In this document: one piece after another, positions 26,107-40,344 of the stretch
How positions within the stretch are numbered: position 1 is the stretch's first letter
Layout: the number at the start of each line of letters is the position of its first letter
Source: Octopus vulgaris
Lineage: Eukaryota
Length of the DNA stretch: 64,000 nt
Assembly: GCA_951406725.2 (NCBI GenBank)
Contig: OX597828.1
Location: forward strand, 72,230,001 to 72,294,000
Direction of reading: 5' to 3'
Position numbers and translations under genes: made by a program
Notes under the pieces: generated by a model
The model's input: only the letters and a program-made list of their open reading frames with translations
Told to the model about the DNA's origin: nothing
The model's database searches: none

Positions 26107-26683
26107 TAAATGTGTGTGTGTGTGTGTATATATGTATGTGTGTGTGTAGAGAAATATACATGAATACATACACAGTTTACTCCAAAACTATTCAGAAAAT
26201 ACTATTATCAACAATATACAAATTTATGACCCCTTGGTTTGCAACTGGCTTGATAGGTGCTAACACCCAAAATTCTTGGCCCTTGATTCATTCTGTTGGT
26301 TCTGCTAAACATTAAACACACACACACAATCTCTTTTCTAAAATTTAAAAAAAAAAAAGACTCCCCCCACCCCCACCTTCCCTCTCCCCTCTGGTTATTT
26401 GACCTTGGATAATTTGCATGTTAAATCAAGGGCATCCATGCATAGATATTATACTTTTCTCTTTATAAACGGATCGTAATTTTAGACCTGAAGACATGAA
26501 GATGTTTAAGTGGATCTTTTGTGGGTTCCTTAGATGTTTTATTATAATGCTCTTCTTTTTTTCTTTATATTTAGTGACTGCATTTTGTAGTTTTGTCTCC
26601 TTCAAACACGAGACTTTTATGATTCTTCTCTCTCGTTAAGACACACACACAGACAGACAGACACACATACGTACAAGTGTTAA

Positions 26684-26899
26684 CCCTTTAGCATTTAAGC
26701 CAACTGTGTCTAGCACAAATATTCTGTTTTACGTTCAAACTGGCCAGATCCAGCCTCTCACACCTACCCAACCATGTCACTCTAAAATAAACTATCACAT
26801 CATCGAAGTCTCGTAGTTACGAGGATTATAAATGATTAATACAAAACTACGTGAATAAATAAGCATTACACTTGGTCAGATGATCCGAAGGCTGAAGGG
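26684..26899. mobile_element. piggyBac-like MITE
   Basis: TTAA-CCCTTTAGC ... GCTGAAGGG; same family as the 10078 copy. Confidence 0.7.
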
Positions 26900-27111
26900 T
26901 GGGTCAAGCCTTGGCCATCACACTGGGACCACGACCTGCAGTTGACATTTCTAGCCTTGACCAACGAGAAAACAGGTGTTTGCTTGATCAAACGTGTCCC
27001 AGTTCTCAAGAACAATTGTTTGAAGACAGCATTCTTTTACTGTTTTTTTTTTTTTTTTTTTGTACTTGTTTCAGTCATTTGACTGCGGCCATGCTGGAGC
27101 ACCTCCTTTAG

Positions 27112-27277
27112 AGTGGTGGAAGAGTACAGCAGGGATCAGCACCATCCCCTGCCGGAGCCTCGTGGAGCTTTTAGGTGTTTTCGCTCAATAAACACACACA
27201 ACGCCCGGTCTGGGAATCGAAAACGCGATCCTCCGACCGCAAGTCCGCTGCCCTAACCACTGGGCCATTGCGCCTCC
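27112..27277 (-). mobile_element. tRNA-derived SINE (family B) 5' half
   Basis: Near-identical to 8650-8809. Confidence 0.9.
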
Positions 27278-27884
27278 ACGTTTGTTGATGTTTGTTGATG
27301 TCTGTTGGAGATTTTGTTTAGAAACTGCTCTGAAATTAATCTGCCATTTATTATGTTTTGCCAATGTGTGTGTGTGTGTGTTTCAGTGAAGGTTTGTACT
27401 GTTGGATAAAGAATACGTATAAGGAAATGGCTTTCATTATTGAGAATGTGTCTGGAGAAACGAATGATTTGAATTTGGAAGAACATTTGTCACTTTTGTT
27501 TGTGTGATGGTGATTGAAAAGAGAATCAATAACAATGTTTATTGATACAATCCTTCAGTGATGGCCATGAAGAACTGCCAAAGTCAAGGAGCTAAGTTCA
27601 CCAAAACTAACTCCTTCTTTCCTATGATTCTCTGGCTAATCAATGTCATTTGTTGTTCTCCATTTTTCCAACATGGAAGATGGTGCCATCGTGTAAGAGA
27701 TTTTGCAGGAATGAGGTTGGTGTTGAATTAAGGAAGCATTGGTTCCCCTAATGAGCCAGGCTGTTGCCTCGTTGTAAAGTTTATAATGACAATGTTAATT
27801 AGACAAGTGTTGAAAACAACATATCAGAGAATAAGGAATCTTCCAAGAAGAACTTTGCTTTGATGAAATCTGTTTGGTACAAAT

Positions 27885-28045
27885 AACACACACATGTTCA
27901 TTCTTTGAGTCTTTTACTGGGAACCAATTTTTGCTAACATTTTTATTGACTCTGTATCCATTCGTTTTAGTAAGACACACACACACACATTTTCATTCTT
28001 TTACAGGGAACCGATATTTGCTAACACTTTTATTGACTCCGTAAG
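27885..28045. repeat. Diverged ~95-bp-period direct duplication
   Basis: cttttac[t/a]gggaacc..tttgctaaca.ttttattgactc.gta occurs twice. Confidence 0.75.
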
Positions 28046-28485
28046 ACCCTCCCACCCCACGCCCTCCCCCACAGTATATCTTGCGCATACAAGTGTATAA
28101 GTACGACTGCTACTGTTCGGTTTTGAGCTCTGCGTCGGTCATCATCGTCGTTCACTTGGCTTCCAGTTCTGTGGTTTGCTTCTGGTGAGCAAACAGAGGA
28201 GGAATTGCGATGAAGATGGAGTTTACATAATTTTGTACCTCTGTAAGATAAGGCAGTGAAATGCTCCTCTGATGATCTGTTGTGGTCCCGCATCCAATTG
28301 CACTTGGAAAACAGCTTTTGGCAGCGGTTCCAGGCAACCACAACGGTGAAGTGTACATTAGGAACAAATGATATAGACTTGGGTTTATTGTAATTTCTCC
28401 CATACATACATATGTGTGTATGTCTGTGCTTGCATATGTATGTGTGTATGTATATGTATGTATATATATATACATGCATATGTAT

Positions 28486-28523
<38 letters not shown>

Positions 28524-30384
28524 GCACATCAATGCACTTACATGTGCACATACATATATATAAACTGAAAATGGTGTGACATTTCTTGGTAAATTTTCGG
28601 TTGGTGCCACGACCTTTTTTTTTTTTTTTATTTCACATTCCATTTCCTAATCTAAAAATCTACTTCGTTAACGGCGAGACAAAACATTGAGATATTTAAT
28701 ATCACTTGAATATATATATATATATAATATAATATATATATATACAGGGGAAAATAAAGATAAATGAAAATATAAACAAAAACAAAAAAAACCCCACTTA
28801 CAAAGTGTCCCTAGGGACTTTGTCTTTCTTGCCCTGCTCAGTCTCTGAAAATATGATGTGTGATGGCAAATCTTGCCATGTTTTGTTTTTCTCTATTTTG
28901 TGTATTGGAATGTTTTTTTGGTGATTGTTTGATATAAATATATTCTGAATAAAAGCTTACAGAAACGATGTGAAAATCTATTGTTAATCCACATATACTT
29001 CATTCATATTATTTTATTTTATTATAATTGTTTTTGTTGTTGTTCTGTGTGTAGTTGTTATTTATATTTCAAATATTATCTCCTATCATCCATTGTACAC
29101 ATTCAGCTAAAACTAAACTAGTTTTGCTCTCTCCAACATTCTTTTCCTGTTTTTTTTTTTTTAAATTAAACAATAAAAAAAATAAATCTAAATAAAGCTT
29201 TTCAATTTGATGTTTTTTATCTGTTGTTTTTATTTTTATTTCATCTTATTTTCTTTTCTTTTAATTCATCAATTGTGGAAATGTTTCACTGTTACCAACA
29301 TCTGAAAATTATGGCATTGATTTTAACACAAGAAGGTTAATTAAGCCTTTCCTCATTCTCTACAGAATATCTCCAAATGAATTTAAATAATTTTGCACAT
29401 CCAACTCCTGTTGAAATTCCAATTCTTAGATTTCCTTAAAATCAGTGAAAACATTTGCCTTTTTATATTTTTATGATTTCTATTAACAATCCACATCTTG
29501 ACCCCGTGATTTGACCTTCTCTTTCTATTTATCACAACGTAGCCACCACGATGACTTCGGTGAGTATTAACCCCTACATTTCCACTTTTACAAAATTCAT
29601 TAGAAATAAAGTAAAAACCTCTTATGTTTTTAATTCATATTTCTTATTTTTATGTTTATATTTTGCTTGTTTTCTTTGTTTGTGTACCATTTCTTATTTT
29701 TTCAAGTTTTTTTCTTCAAAAAATATTCCAACATTTCATTAGATCTGTCACTTTATTATCTTAAGTTTGTTGTTGTTGTTGCTGTTGTTATCCACTTTGC
29801 CGCCGTGTATTCATTAGCCAGCATGTTTGTAGTTCGTTAAAGTGGTGCTAATTACTGAGTTAACCTATTGTTTGATATTGTTTTACACCCCCACCTCCAC
29901 CCCCACCCCCTTAGCTTCTCTAGAAATGGTTTCTGTTGCAACTATTGGTTCACAGAAGGATTCCACCTTTGTTCCTACTTTGACGCAGAGAACTTAATGT
30001 AAGCATGGAACCTGTTATCAGCCAGGCAGCCTGAAGCAGGCAACAGTTTGCACCTTAACTGAGACTACAGTAAAATCTACATTTATACATACAATTGAGT
30101 GATTGAGCGGAGGGGTAGCACCAGCTTCGTATTCCAGTCTTCGTACTTTTTAGCAAATTGTGAAGAAATAGCAAAACAAAAGCAAAAAAAAACAAAAAAA
30201 AAACACAATAATGATGAGAATGGAAGTTGGTTGGAAGTGAAAGCTGCAGTTGACTGAAGAAACTTTGGAAATTCAGCAATTCCAAAGATATTAGGTATTT
30301 CACATATATTAGTTACATGTCAAAAGATCTTGATATAGAGACATGATATAGTTGGGGTCAGTTTTAATGCGATAGAATGGTCTT

Positions 30385-30655
30385 CATCATCATCATCATC
30401 ATCATTTAGCGTCCGCTTTCCATGCTAGCATGGGTTGGACGGTTCAACTGGGGTCTGGGAAGCCAGAAGGCTGCACCAGGCCCAGACTGATCTGGCAGTG
30501 TTTCTACGGCTGGATGCCCTTCCTAACGCCAACCGCTCCATGAGTGTAGTGGGTGCTTTTTACGTGCCACCTGCACATGTGCCAGATGAGGCTGGCAAAC
30601 GGCCACGGACAGATGGTGCTTTTTTTATGTGCCACCAGCACGGGGGCCAGGCGAT
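30385..30655 (-). mobile_element. SINE family C
   Basis: (cat)n-ttagcgtccgctttccatgctagcatgggttgg..., with internal ggtgctttttacgtgccacc repeats. Confidence 0.9.
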
Positions 30656-33600
30656 CCATTAAAAACCTTGAGAGGGAACTTTCTTAGACCAAGGCTTTAC
30701 TGATGAAGTAGAATAAGGATGAATCACATCTGAAGTTGTTTCTAATGATCAAACTCATTCCTGACTAAATTCTACTTTTAATTGAAATTTCCCAAGTTGT
30801 CTCCCTTGAATTTTTGGCCAGAATTGTTAACCTTTTGATTTATTTTTCTCAGTAATACACGTGTTTCCTTCTAATGTATTGCCTCACTCTATTAATTATG
30901 TTAGCACTGGTTTCACCATAATTAAGACACCCTTCTAGTAATTTTTTCTATTTTGATAATAATGTTGGTAGTTCCTGTAACATAGTAGTAGTAGTAGCAG
31001 CAGCAGTAGTAGCAGTAGTAAAGTAGTCCATTTTTAATCTAGTTGGAACTGTTGTGACATCATCTTGTCACCAATTCCAAAGTAATTGTCTTGGATATTG
31101 CAAGAGCTGTTTCAAAATGGAAGTAGAAATGGTAAATGCCTGTGCTGAACCAATGAAGCACCTTTCTGCTGTTAGATTTCTTCAGCTCTGTTAAAATGGT
31201 TATAAATCAACAAAGGAACTGTTTGGTGAGTTGCTCAGTTTGCTAGAAATAACAGCTAAATCCCTCTCTGAAAATGATATTCTACAAGAATGATACATTG
31301 GGTAATGTACTCCTAGATGCACTATGCCTTACAAATTAATGGAATTATGACATCTTTTGACCAATGTTCTGTTCATTGCCATTCTGTGCATTTGATCCTT
31401 AACTACTGATAGCTTCATAAAGAGCCCCTCTGTGATATATAGCATACCTTGGGCTTCTGAACCTAGTGGGGCCTGCCACTCCGCAGGTCTGGTTGGAGCC
31501 AGTTTTTTCCAGATCTTTCTTGGATAAGTCAGCTATAACTGATTTCTTATCATGGAGAAGCAGTCTATTTCAGTATTGGGTTGGTTCTTCAATTATTGAC
31601 CTCCAGAGGGCGAATGGTAAAGTTCACCTTGGTGGTATTTGAATTTGGAGCACCAAGATTGGGAATGAATGTTGCAAGACAGTCTAAAATGACTTTAGCA
31701 ATTCTTCAGAAATGGATGATTCCAATGGACATTTCTGTCTGGTACCAGCTTTGGGAGTTGGTTGTGGTCATGTTCTGACCTTTCAACATTCAGATTCCTG
31801 TCAAATGCATTGTCTTGTAGCTTTCAGGTTTCAAAGATGTAATTGTTTATTTTTAGAATGACATTGCAGGGTAGGTGTGAGGGATCAGATCTGGCCAGTT
31901 TGAACATAAAACAGATAGAATATTTGGACCCTGGATTTGACTGGTTTCAATAGGAGAGGGAGGTTTGGACCCAATTGAGTAGATCCTCAATCAAAGCCAT
32001 TCTGGCCATGACCACCCAATCTTCTTCAGAATATATGTAGGACAACATTGTTAAACAAATGATTATTTTCCTTAGATGGTAGGATGTGATTTGAAAAAGA
32101 TTTAGCTGTTATTTCTAGCAGATCATGTGACCAGTTGAACACTAAAACTTCTCAGTCACTTAGAGTTGTTTCGTGTTGGTTTTGCTATATTTTGCAGTTC
32201 ATATTTTGTTTGTTTTTGCACACCAGGTGGCACTGTTGTTTCTCAACGCAATAACTCTGAAACAGTTATTATATTCAGTTGCTTTGTTTCCATAGTAACA
32301 ACAGCTCCCTTCTTTAATACCGTTTCCTTGGCTTCTGAAATTATTATTATGATTATGTCAGCACAACAGGTAAAATGTTTATTGGCATTTTACCTGTCTT
32401 TACCTTCTGAACTCATATTCCACTGATGTCAGCTTTACCTTTCAGGCTGGGGTTAATGGGATCAACTGGCCTCCTCCCCTAAATTTCAGGCCTTTTGCCT
32501 GTAGTCAAAAGGATTATAAATTATAATTGTTGTTATTAAGATGGAAGGGCTTGCAAAAGCATTAGAACATGGAAGGCCTCCATTTTTCTGTTGCTTTAGG
32601 GCACCAGATTATGAAGACCAGGGATGCTGTTGGGTATGCTTGCTTCCACATGATGCTACATGGAAGATAATGACTATGAAATTATAAAGATGAGGGACAT
32701 TTGACAAAGAAAAATGGTCTTTTGTGGAAGTTTTAGGGGATTAATGCTCTGGAAACATGTTTAATTAGTTTCAAGTAGATTGTAATTTAAAGCAATTAGT
32801 GTTACATTAAAAACTGTGAATTAAGTCTAATATCAAACCTCGTTAATTACAGGTGAAATCTTTTGCTGACGAATTGAAGAGATCGCTATTATAATTTATT
32901 GTTGCATTTGCATGTTGTCTTTTTTGTTTACAGTATTATTAATTAATTGGTTTACCTTTTAATTAAGTGGCTCTACTTGATCACCTCCCTTTCTCCTTGT
33001 CCTCAAGACACAGGATTGTTTTGGGATTCAGTACAGTTGGTCATAACACCTTTGATCTTTAGGTCAGCTCAGTCAGGGCTGTCCTGGAGCTAAATAACAA
33101 CAACAACAGATCTAAGCAGCTGTACTGATACCAAAAGACCACTATGAAAAGGATGAGACCAGTAGAACTGACCTGGGGTTAAACAATAACAACAGCTGTA
33201 CTGAAGTGAAAAGACCATTGGGACAGGATGGAGACCAGTGTCTGGCTGCTGTCTGTTTTGGCTTATATTTTTGATTAGATCTTGTACCATGTTTAAATGA
33301 GTCATGGACTGAGTCTGTTACACAAAAAAACAGTAAGATTCTGTACGAATTTGTCAAGATTCGCTAAGAAGGCATTGTTTGATGTAAATCTGTGACTGTG
33401 GTGCAAGATATTTGTCTTAGAGACTGCATGACGGAATTGAACCCCAACCGTGTTTTTAGGAAATACCTATTTCTTAATCATTCACTGATGCCCTTCAGTA
33501 CCATTCTGAAAGCCTTCCTCAGAAATCCATTTTACAGAATTAATATATTACACCTGAAAATAGTTTGTGTTCAAAGCCAGGTTTAAGCACTGGGTTACCT

Positions 33601-35194
33601 ATTTAGGTTCAGTGGATGTCAAGGAATGTGAGTCTGTCGAGCACCAAGCAGTGACACAGCACCATTTGACAACTAATCGACTTGGCTAATTTCTTCAGCA
33701 CTGTAAAAATGGTCATAAGCCAACAAAGGAACCCTTCTTAGGGTTGCTTGATTTGTTAGGAATAGCAGCCAAATCTCCCTCAATTTTGGCTAATTTAATG
33801 GTACTATTGCAGCTAACCTTATATAAACTGCACTGCCTAATGTACCCTCTACAGACTCCCTATTCTACCCTTTTGCTACAAATCTACCCGGGGCCGCCAT
33901 TGTTTCTTTGATACAAACTCTGTTTCAAAGTGATCCAAAAGTCTTTCATCAAAATTTCATGTGGATTTGTATTCCAAACCCTAAACCCTTCATTATTTTA
34001 AGAAGTAATTGAAATAAGGGTATTGTATTTCAGTGGAAACGGTAACAAAGGGATTAAGGTAATCTAAATTAAAATTTCATGTTAATTTATGATCCAAATA
34101 CTGCCTTAATAAGAACAATGTCGTTTTCCTTAAATTCCTTATTTTCAAAATTGATTTAAAATAAATGAGAAATATTTTAACAAGAATATACCATCTTTAT
34201 GGTAAGAGAAAGGACAAGAAGTGATTTTAGTTAAAGATCTCTCTGGAGGATAATTCTGATTAAGCTAATCTAAGACTAATACGGAGGTGATTGAGTTAGT
34301 CCTGGACTTATTTCTAAATGTTTGTTTTTATTTAAAATTTTTTTTTTGCTTTCGTGTTTTATTAAAAAGAATGTTATTTTCCCAACACAGTTGATGTTTC
34401 CTTTGAGGATTGCAAATGTTTGAATCTGGAATTATTTAAATTGTTTTAACGTTTTATTTTAAATAACAATAAATATTTCAAATTCTTTTTTCTCTGAATC
34501 ACTAACTACGATAAAGTTTAGAAATTATTGAATTGAAGTAAAAAAAATTTTAAATTAACGATAACAAGGTCTTCTTTTTGCTTAGATATTAAAACAAATA
34601 ATACCCCCTCAGTTAAAGAGCGCATTGAGTTACCTCCCTTGAGCACATGTGTGACCTGAGTTGCCTCCCCTACCAATTTATGCTATTTTTTTTTTTAGAG
34701 GCCGAGTCGTCTTTCCTTCTCAGCATTATTAATTAAACAAATGATTATTTCTGCTCATTAAGAGCAGGAATTTAATCAAACAAAATTTGTTAGCTGACTA
34801 CATTAAATAGGTCAGCCCTTAGTTTACTATTCAGCGCGTGATCCCTGCACATTTTCCCTGGTTTCGTATCAAATTATTGCATTTAGCATTATGGGCCTTG
34901 CATCAGCCCCCAACGCTATTTGGCCGTGGTTGTCAGGGTTCAATTCCCAACCACGTCGTCCGTAATCTGGGGTTTTAATTGTTCAGCCATTGTATCTGCT
35001 CCTGAATGTACCAATGGCCAATGGCGATCATCAAAGTTAATTACGAAACAGCACACCTCTGTACAGGTAGAGACTGATACACATATTATCAGTTTTCTAG
35101 GCTTTCCCAATGAAGAAGACATTGTTTTCAATGTCTTGTACCTTTTTCACACAAACATACATCCACGTTTCATTACATATATATATAAAGTTAA

Positions 35195-35376
35195 TCCAAA
35201 CAAGAAAGCACAAAAAAATACAACAACGTGAGGACGTGGAACAAATAAAGTATTATTGGACGCTCAGGAAAGAAGGAAAGAAGGAGGGTTTAACGTTTCG
35301 AGTTGAGCTCTTCGTCGGAAACATAGGAGAAGGAAAGATCCAGAGAAGGGAAGACAGAGGGAAAAAAATCGCCAAC
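35195..35376 (-). mobile_element. Short Penelope-type pLTR-like fragment
   Basis: CpG-containing insert next to (TA)n that carries the hammerhead motif at 35288; boundaries approximate. Confidence 0.5.
35288..35322 (-). ncRNA. Minimal hammerhead ribozyme motif, U4C core variant
   Basis: Minus strand: GUUU CCGACGA a GAG-cucaa-CUC GAAAC GUU^ AAAC; palindromic AACGUU at stem III. Confidence 0.65.
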
Positions 35377-36218
35377 ATATACCTATTTTTAGAAGAATAA
35401 TGTATTAAACTTTTAACAAGGGAAAGGTTGACTGAATCATCCGATTGTCTGTAACTTTGAAGTCATTGTCAACCTTTATAAACGTTTAATGTATATGTAT
35501 CTTCATATCTAAAAAGTATTAAATAATCCTTCAGTTTAATCTTCGATAGTCTTGCATTGAAAACAGACATCAATATATAAGTGTGTGTGTGTATCTATAA
35601 ATATGTATCTGGTATTTGTATTTATTCTTTTATTCATTTATTTATTGTATGTGTAATTAATGAGTTCAATTGCTTATCGTTTTAATTTATATTCAGCTTT
35701 CAGAACCTGGCACCTTCTTTGGTGAAGTTCTCTATTGGGCTGTAACAGCTACAACCCCGGCATCTTACTATGGCAGCATGACTAGTGAAGATTTCTCAGT
35801 TGAAAGAAACAGTGTTACTCTCTCTCTCTCTCTTTCTCTCTTTCTGTCTTTCTCTCTTTCTGTCTTTCTCACACGTACACTCACCAATGGCACGGACAGA
35901 ACTGATCATCTAAACTCTGGCGCTAACGCAGAGTATCAGTTGTTAATGCAGTTTTTCTAGCAATTACTGTTATCTCAGAGTTTTCTATTTAAGAAGATAT
36001 TTGAAAAGAAAAGAAAAGAAAAGAAAAAAAACCCTCAAACAAACAAAAAAAAGAAAGGAAAAAAGAAAACAATCATAAATTTATCTTCATATTTTCGTTT
36101 GTTTTTTTGTCATTAGCTACACATTTTTTTGTTTCAATCATTTGAAAAAAAAAAAATTTTTTTTAACACCAAAGGAAAACCTGGCAGTATTTTGAACGTG
36201 GACCAACGGTCATCTGTT

Positions 36219-36249
<31 letters not shown>

Positions 36250-37275
36250 TGAAGGAAAATATAACTTATTCTATTCATCATTTCTTTTATACTTCAATTA
36301 ACACACACATGTTGAAATAAAATAGCAAAATATGACATCTGTGGTGATACCATCATGAATAATAATAATAATAACAATAATAATAATAATAATACTAATA
36401 ATGATAATATATAAAAAAGAACATGCATATTTCATCCTACAAAAAGGGCCGAGAGTTGGAACTTCATCACGCTCTATGTGCCTCCAGCTCTTCTCACTTT
36501 CATCCACTCTTGCTCTCTTTCTCTCTCTCTCTCTCTATTTATATCTACCTATCTACCTTTTAATCTATCTTCCTTTATTTTCTCTCTTTCCCTCCCTTTC
36601 TCTCTCTCTATATATCTCTCTCTCTCTCTCTATCTATCTCTGTCTCTATCTCTCTCACTCTCTCTCCTCTCTCATACACAGCCACACACACACATGCAAG
36701 CATGCATACACTCATACAGACAACCAGGCACATGCATATACAACACTCTCACTTCACCCCCCCCCCCCCTGTAATCTTCTCCGCTCTGTCTGTCTGTCGA
36801 CATGACAACCCACCCTCTCCATCTCCCCACGTCTGTGTGTCACATCAACCATTTGTTTGGATGGAAGCACATTGCATCTACTCCTGAGTTTTGTCTCTAA
36901 ACACAATGGGACGAACGACAACAACAACAACAACAACAACATAACAAAAGAAACAACAAAAAACAAACAAAAAAAAAACCAATCAGATTTCATTCTTTTC
37001 ACTTTTCTTTCTTAAAACTCTTGTTGCGACATCATTTTTTTTTTTTTTTTTGGAAAAGTAACATTGAAGTAAAAGAAAAAAAAAGCAAGAGAAAAAGTTT
37101 GTAAAAATGAAAGAAAGAAAGAACTATTAATCAATGTGACTCCCCTGCCCCCCACCCCCGACCACCATCTCGAAGAATTAACGCAACAACAACAACAGCA
37201 ACAAACCTCTGCCTCCCTGTTTCCAGGCATCTTCTCTTTACGCGGAGGAGTGCCATTATTCTCAAAGAAAACTGT

Positions 37276-37306
<31 letters not shown>

Positions 37307-38302
37307 ACCACCACCACCACTACTCCACATGAAAACTTTTTCTACTCTTATATTATTATATATATATGAACTTCTTAGAAATGGATATTTCTGTATTTTA
37401 TTATAATCCAAAAACTTAGTTTAGACAAAAATTTTTTTATATACGGAGAAAAAAAAAATCAAACCAAACACAATAAATAAAAATGCGAAAAAAAACTCCA
37501 AAAAAAATCAAGAATTTTTCAAATAATAATAATAATAATAATGATAATAATAATAATAATGATAACACTACTACTACTACTAATAATAAATAAATGATAT
37601 TATTATTGATAATAATAATAATAATAATCGTAATAGTCATGTAAGAAACTTTGAAAAGAAAATGTAAAATAAACAAACAAAAGAAAAAAGGGCAAAATTC
37701 AGAGATTTTCGTTATTTAAGACAGTCTTGAAGTCAGCCAAGAGCAATAATAATAAATAAATATATATATTGTTGCTTTCATATATACATCATCTTTATCA
37801 TTGAGTTACTCCAAGACTGTTCCATGCGTGGAACTAATGCATCTTATATTCCTGAGCCATTTTAGATGCTAATAGCAGAGATTTTTATTTCCCTCTCATA
37901 AACTCAAAGTTCTTCATTAACCATTTTTTCATTATCTCGTTTTTTTTTCTCCAATTTTTTTTCCTATACTAGTCATGTTTATCTATATTGTTTTTTTTAT
38001 TATTTATGTATATGAAAAGGCAAAAACAAAAACTTTGCTGACATTCAATGGGAAAAGTAAAGATTTGTAATAGTAACGTAAATACCTATGGCAGTGCCCC
38101 AGCATGGCCACAGCCTTTCGACTGGGAACAACACATAAAGGTAGGAAAAAAAAAAAATCCAAAAGCTTGTGTGTCAAAGACAAGTTATTAAAATTTAACT
38201 GATCTTTTATTTTAGTACTTTTACTAGTATGTACATCTCACACCTATTTATATACATCCACACACACACTATACACACACATATATATATATTTATATAT
38301 TT

Positions 38303-38805
<503 letters not shown>

Positions 38806-39071
38806 CACTTTGTTTTGAAGTGTTATATACTATGCTTAGCAAACCAATTTAGACCTCTATACATACATTATAGTACACTCCTATGTATACATTCGTAATA
38901 TGCATAGTGTTTATATAGCCATACTGGACTATATCACTTGGAATGTATATAAAGCAGGTTTACCATAGAAATGATAAATTTTTCTATGGTGTACATTGGT
39001 ATATACATATATACATACACACGTTCACTCTTACATATACACACACACATGTGTATATGTGTATACACACA

Positions 39072-39118
<47 letters not shown>

Positions 39119-40344
39119 GCATATATATACACACACATACACACACATATAATGTCTTAGAGAATGTGAAATTCTTTAAAAAGAAAAACACTCATTCCAT
39201 CCCATAAGAAAAAGATTTAATGATTTAATTTAAAAAAAAAATAATTGAATAATGATTGGATGGTGTAATTGTTATATTTAAAATTTGTAAGGCTGGGAAA
39301 TAATTTGAAAATCTCTGAATCCACTTGTTCTCTAGAAAGAAAGAGTTGATAAAGAACGTAGTTCCAAAACTTCAAGAAGCCATCATCAACTTTGTGGTGG
39401 TCCATGTGTTATTGTTCTTCATGTTGTTCAAGAAATAACCTACCCATCACTCTTTGTGTCGTTCTCTCCCCTGCTCCGCCCCCCCTCCATTTGCCTACTT
39501 CTGTTGGCTGTGTGATATTAAATGTCAGAAAGGTTGTGTGTCCCGCATTCTCTCTCAACGAGATTGTAACCATGTTTCAATGCCTTCTTTTGTTTTGTTT
39601 TATTACTATTATCATTATCATCATTATTATTATTATTATTATTATCATTTCCCCCCTCCCTTCTAACATCATCATCATTTTAACTAATTATCTATGTCTA
39701 ATCTGCATTTAATCATTTTTTAAAAATCGGACAATTAACGAACATATAACACAATACAAACACAAGCACAAAAAAAAAAATGTACATTTCGTCTCCATTA
39801 AAATGCTGACCCCGTCTCCACCACTACATCTCCCACCCCCAATCTCATCCCATTTTCTAAGGCATTCAACATCTGCTCCCTTTTTTCCTCCCACAAGAAT
39901 CCCTTTCATTTGGTGTTTAAACATCCCATACTTACTTCATTCGGGGACACACATCTTCCCTGTATCAGAAGCAAGGTTTTTTTACTTTCTTTTTTAAAAT
40001 TTATTTATTTTTCTGTTGTTGTTGTTTCTTCTTCTATATCACTTTTCCTAATGAGGTTGTTACCTAATTAGTGTTAATTTAGTGTTACTTAATTAGTGTT
40101 ATCGTTTTATCAGGTTGGTTGTTTGTTGTTTGTAGGGTATCATTATATAAATGTGAACTTCCCATTTCATTACCTGAATTTCTTTTTTAAACATTAAATA
40201 TAATATTTGACATCTCCCTGTATTCGAGGTCAGTAAACTGCAATATGACCTCAATAGCCAACAGACTGACCCTGTGGCCCATGAACTATCTGCTGTCTCA
40301 CACACACATGCACACACACACACACACGTGTATATATATATATA

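Noticed and set aside
35697-35820. EPGTFFGEVLYW resembling a cyclic-nucleotide-binding motif
   Set aside because: No other CNBD residues, and the frame runs into a (CT)n tract.
35887-35910. Partial resemblance to miR-184 (also miR-92-like at 28296 and miR-1-like at 22478)
   Set aside because: The matches are short or seed-disrupted and not in matching precursor arms.
36985-37125. U-rich tracts followed by AAAAAAAAAGCAAGA, resembling a MALAT1-type triple helix
   Set aside because: No bracketing stems and no downstream tRNA-like element; low-complexity background.
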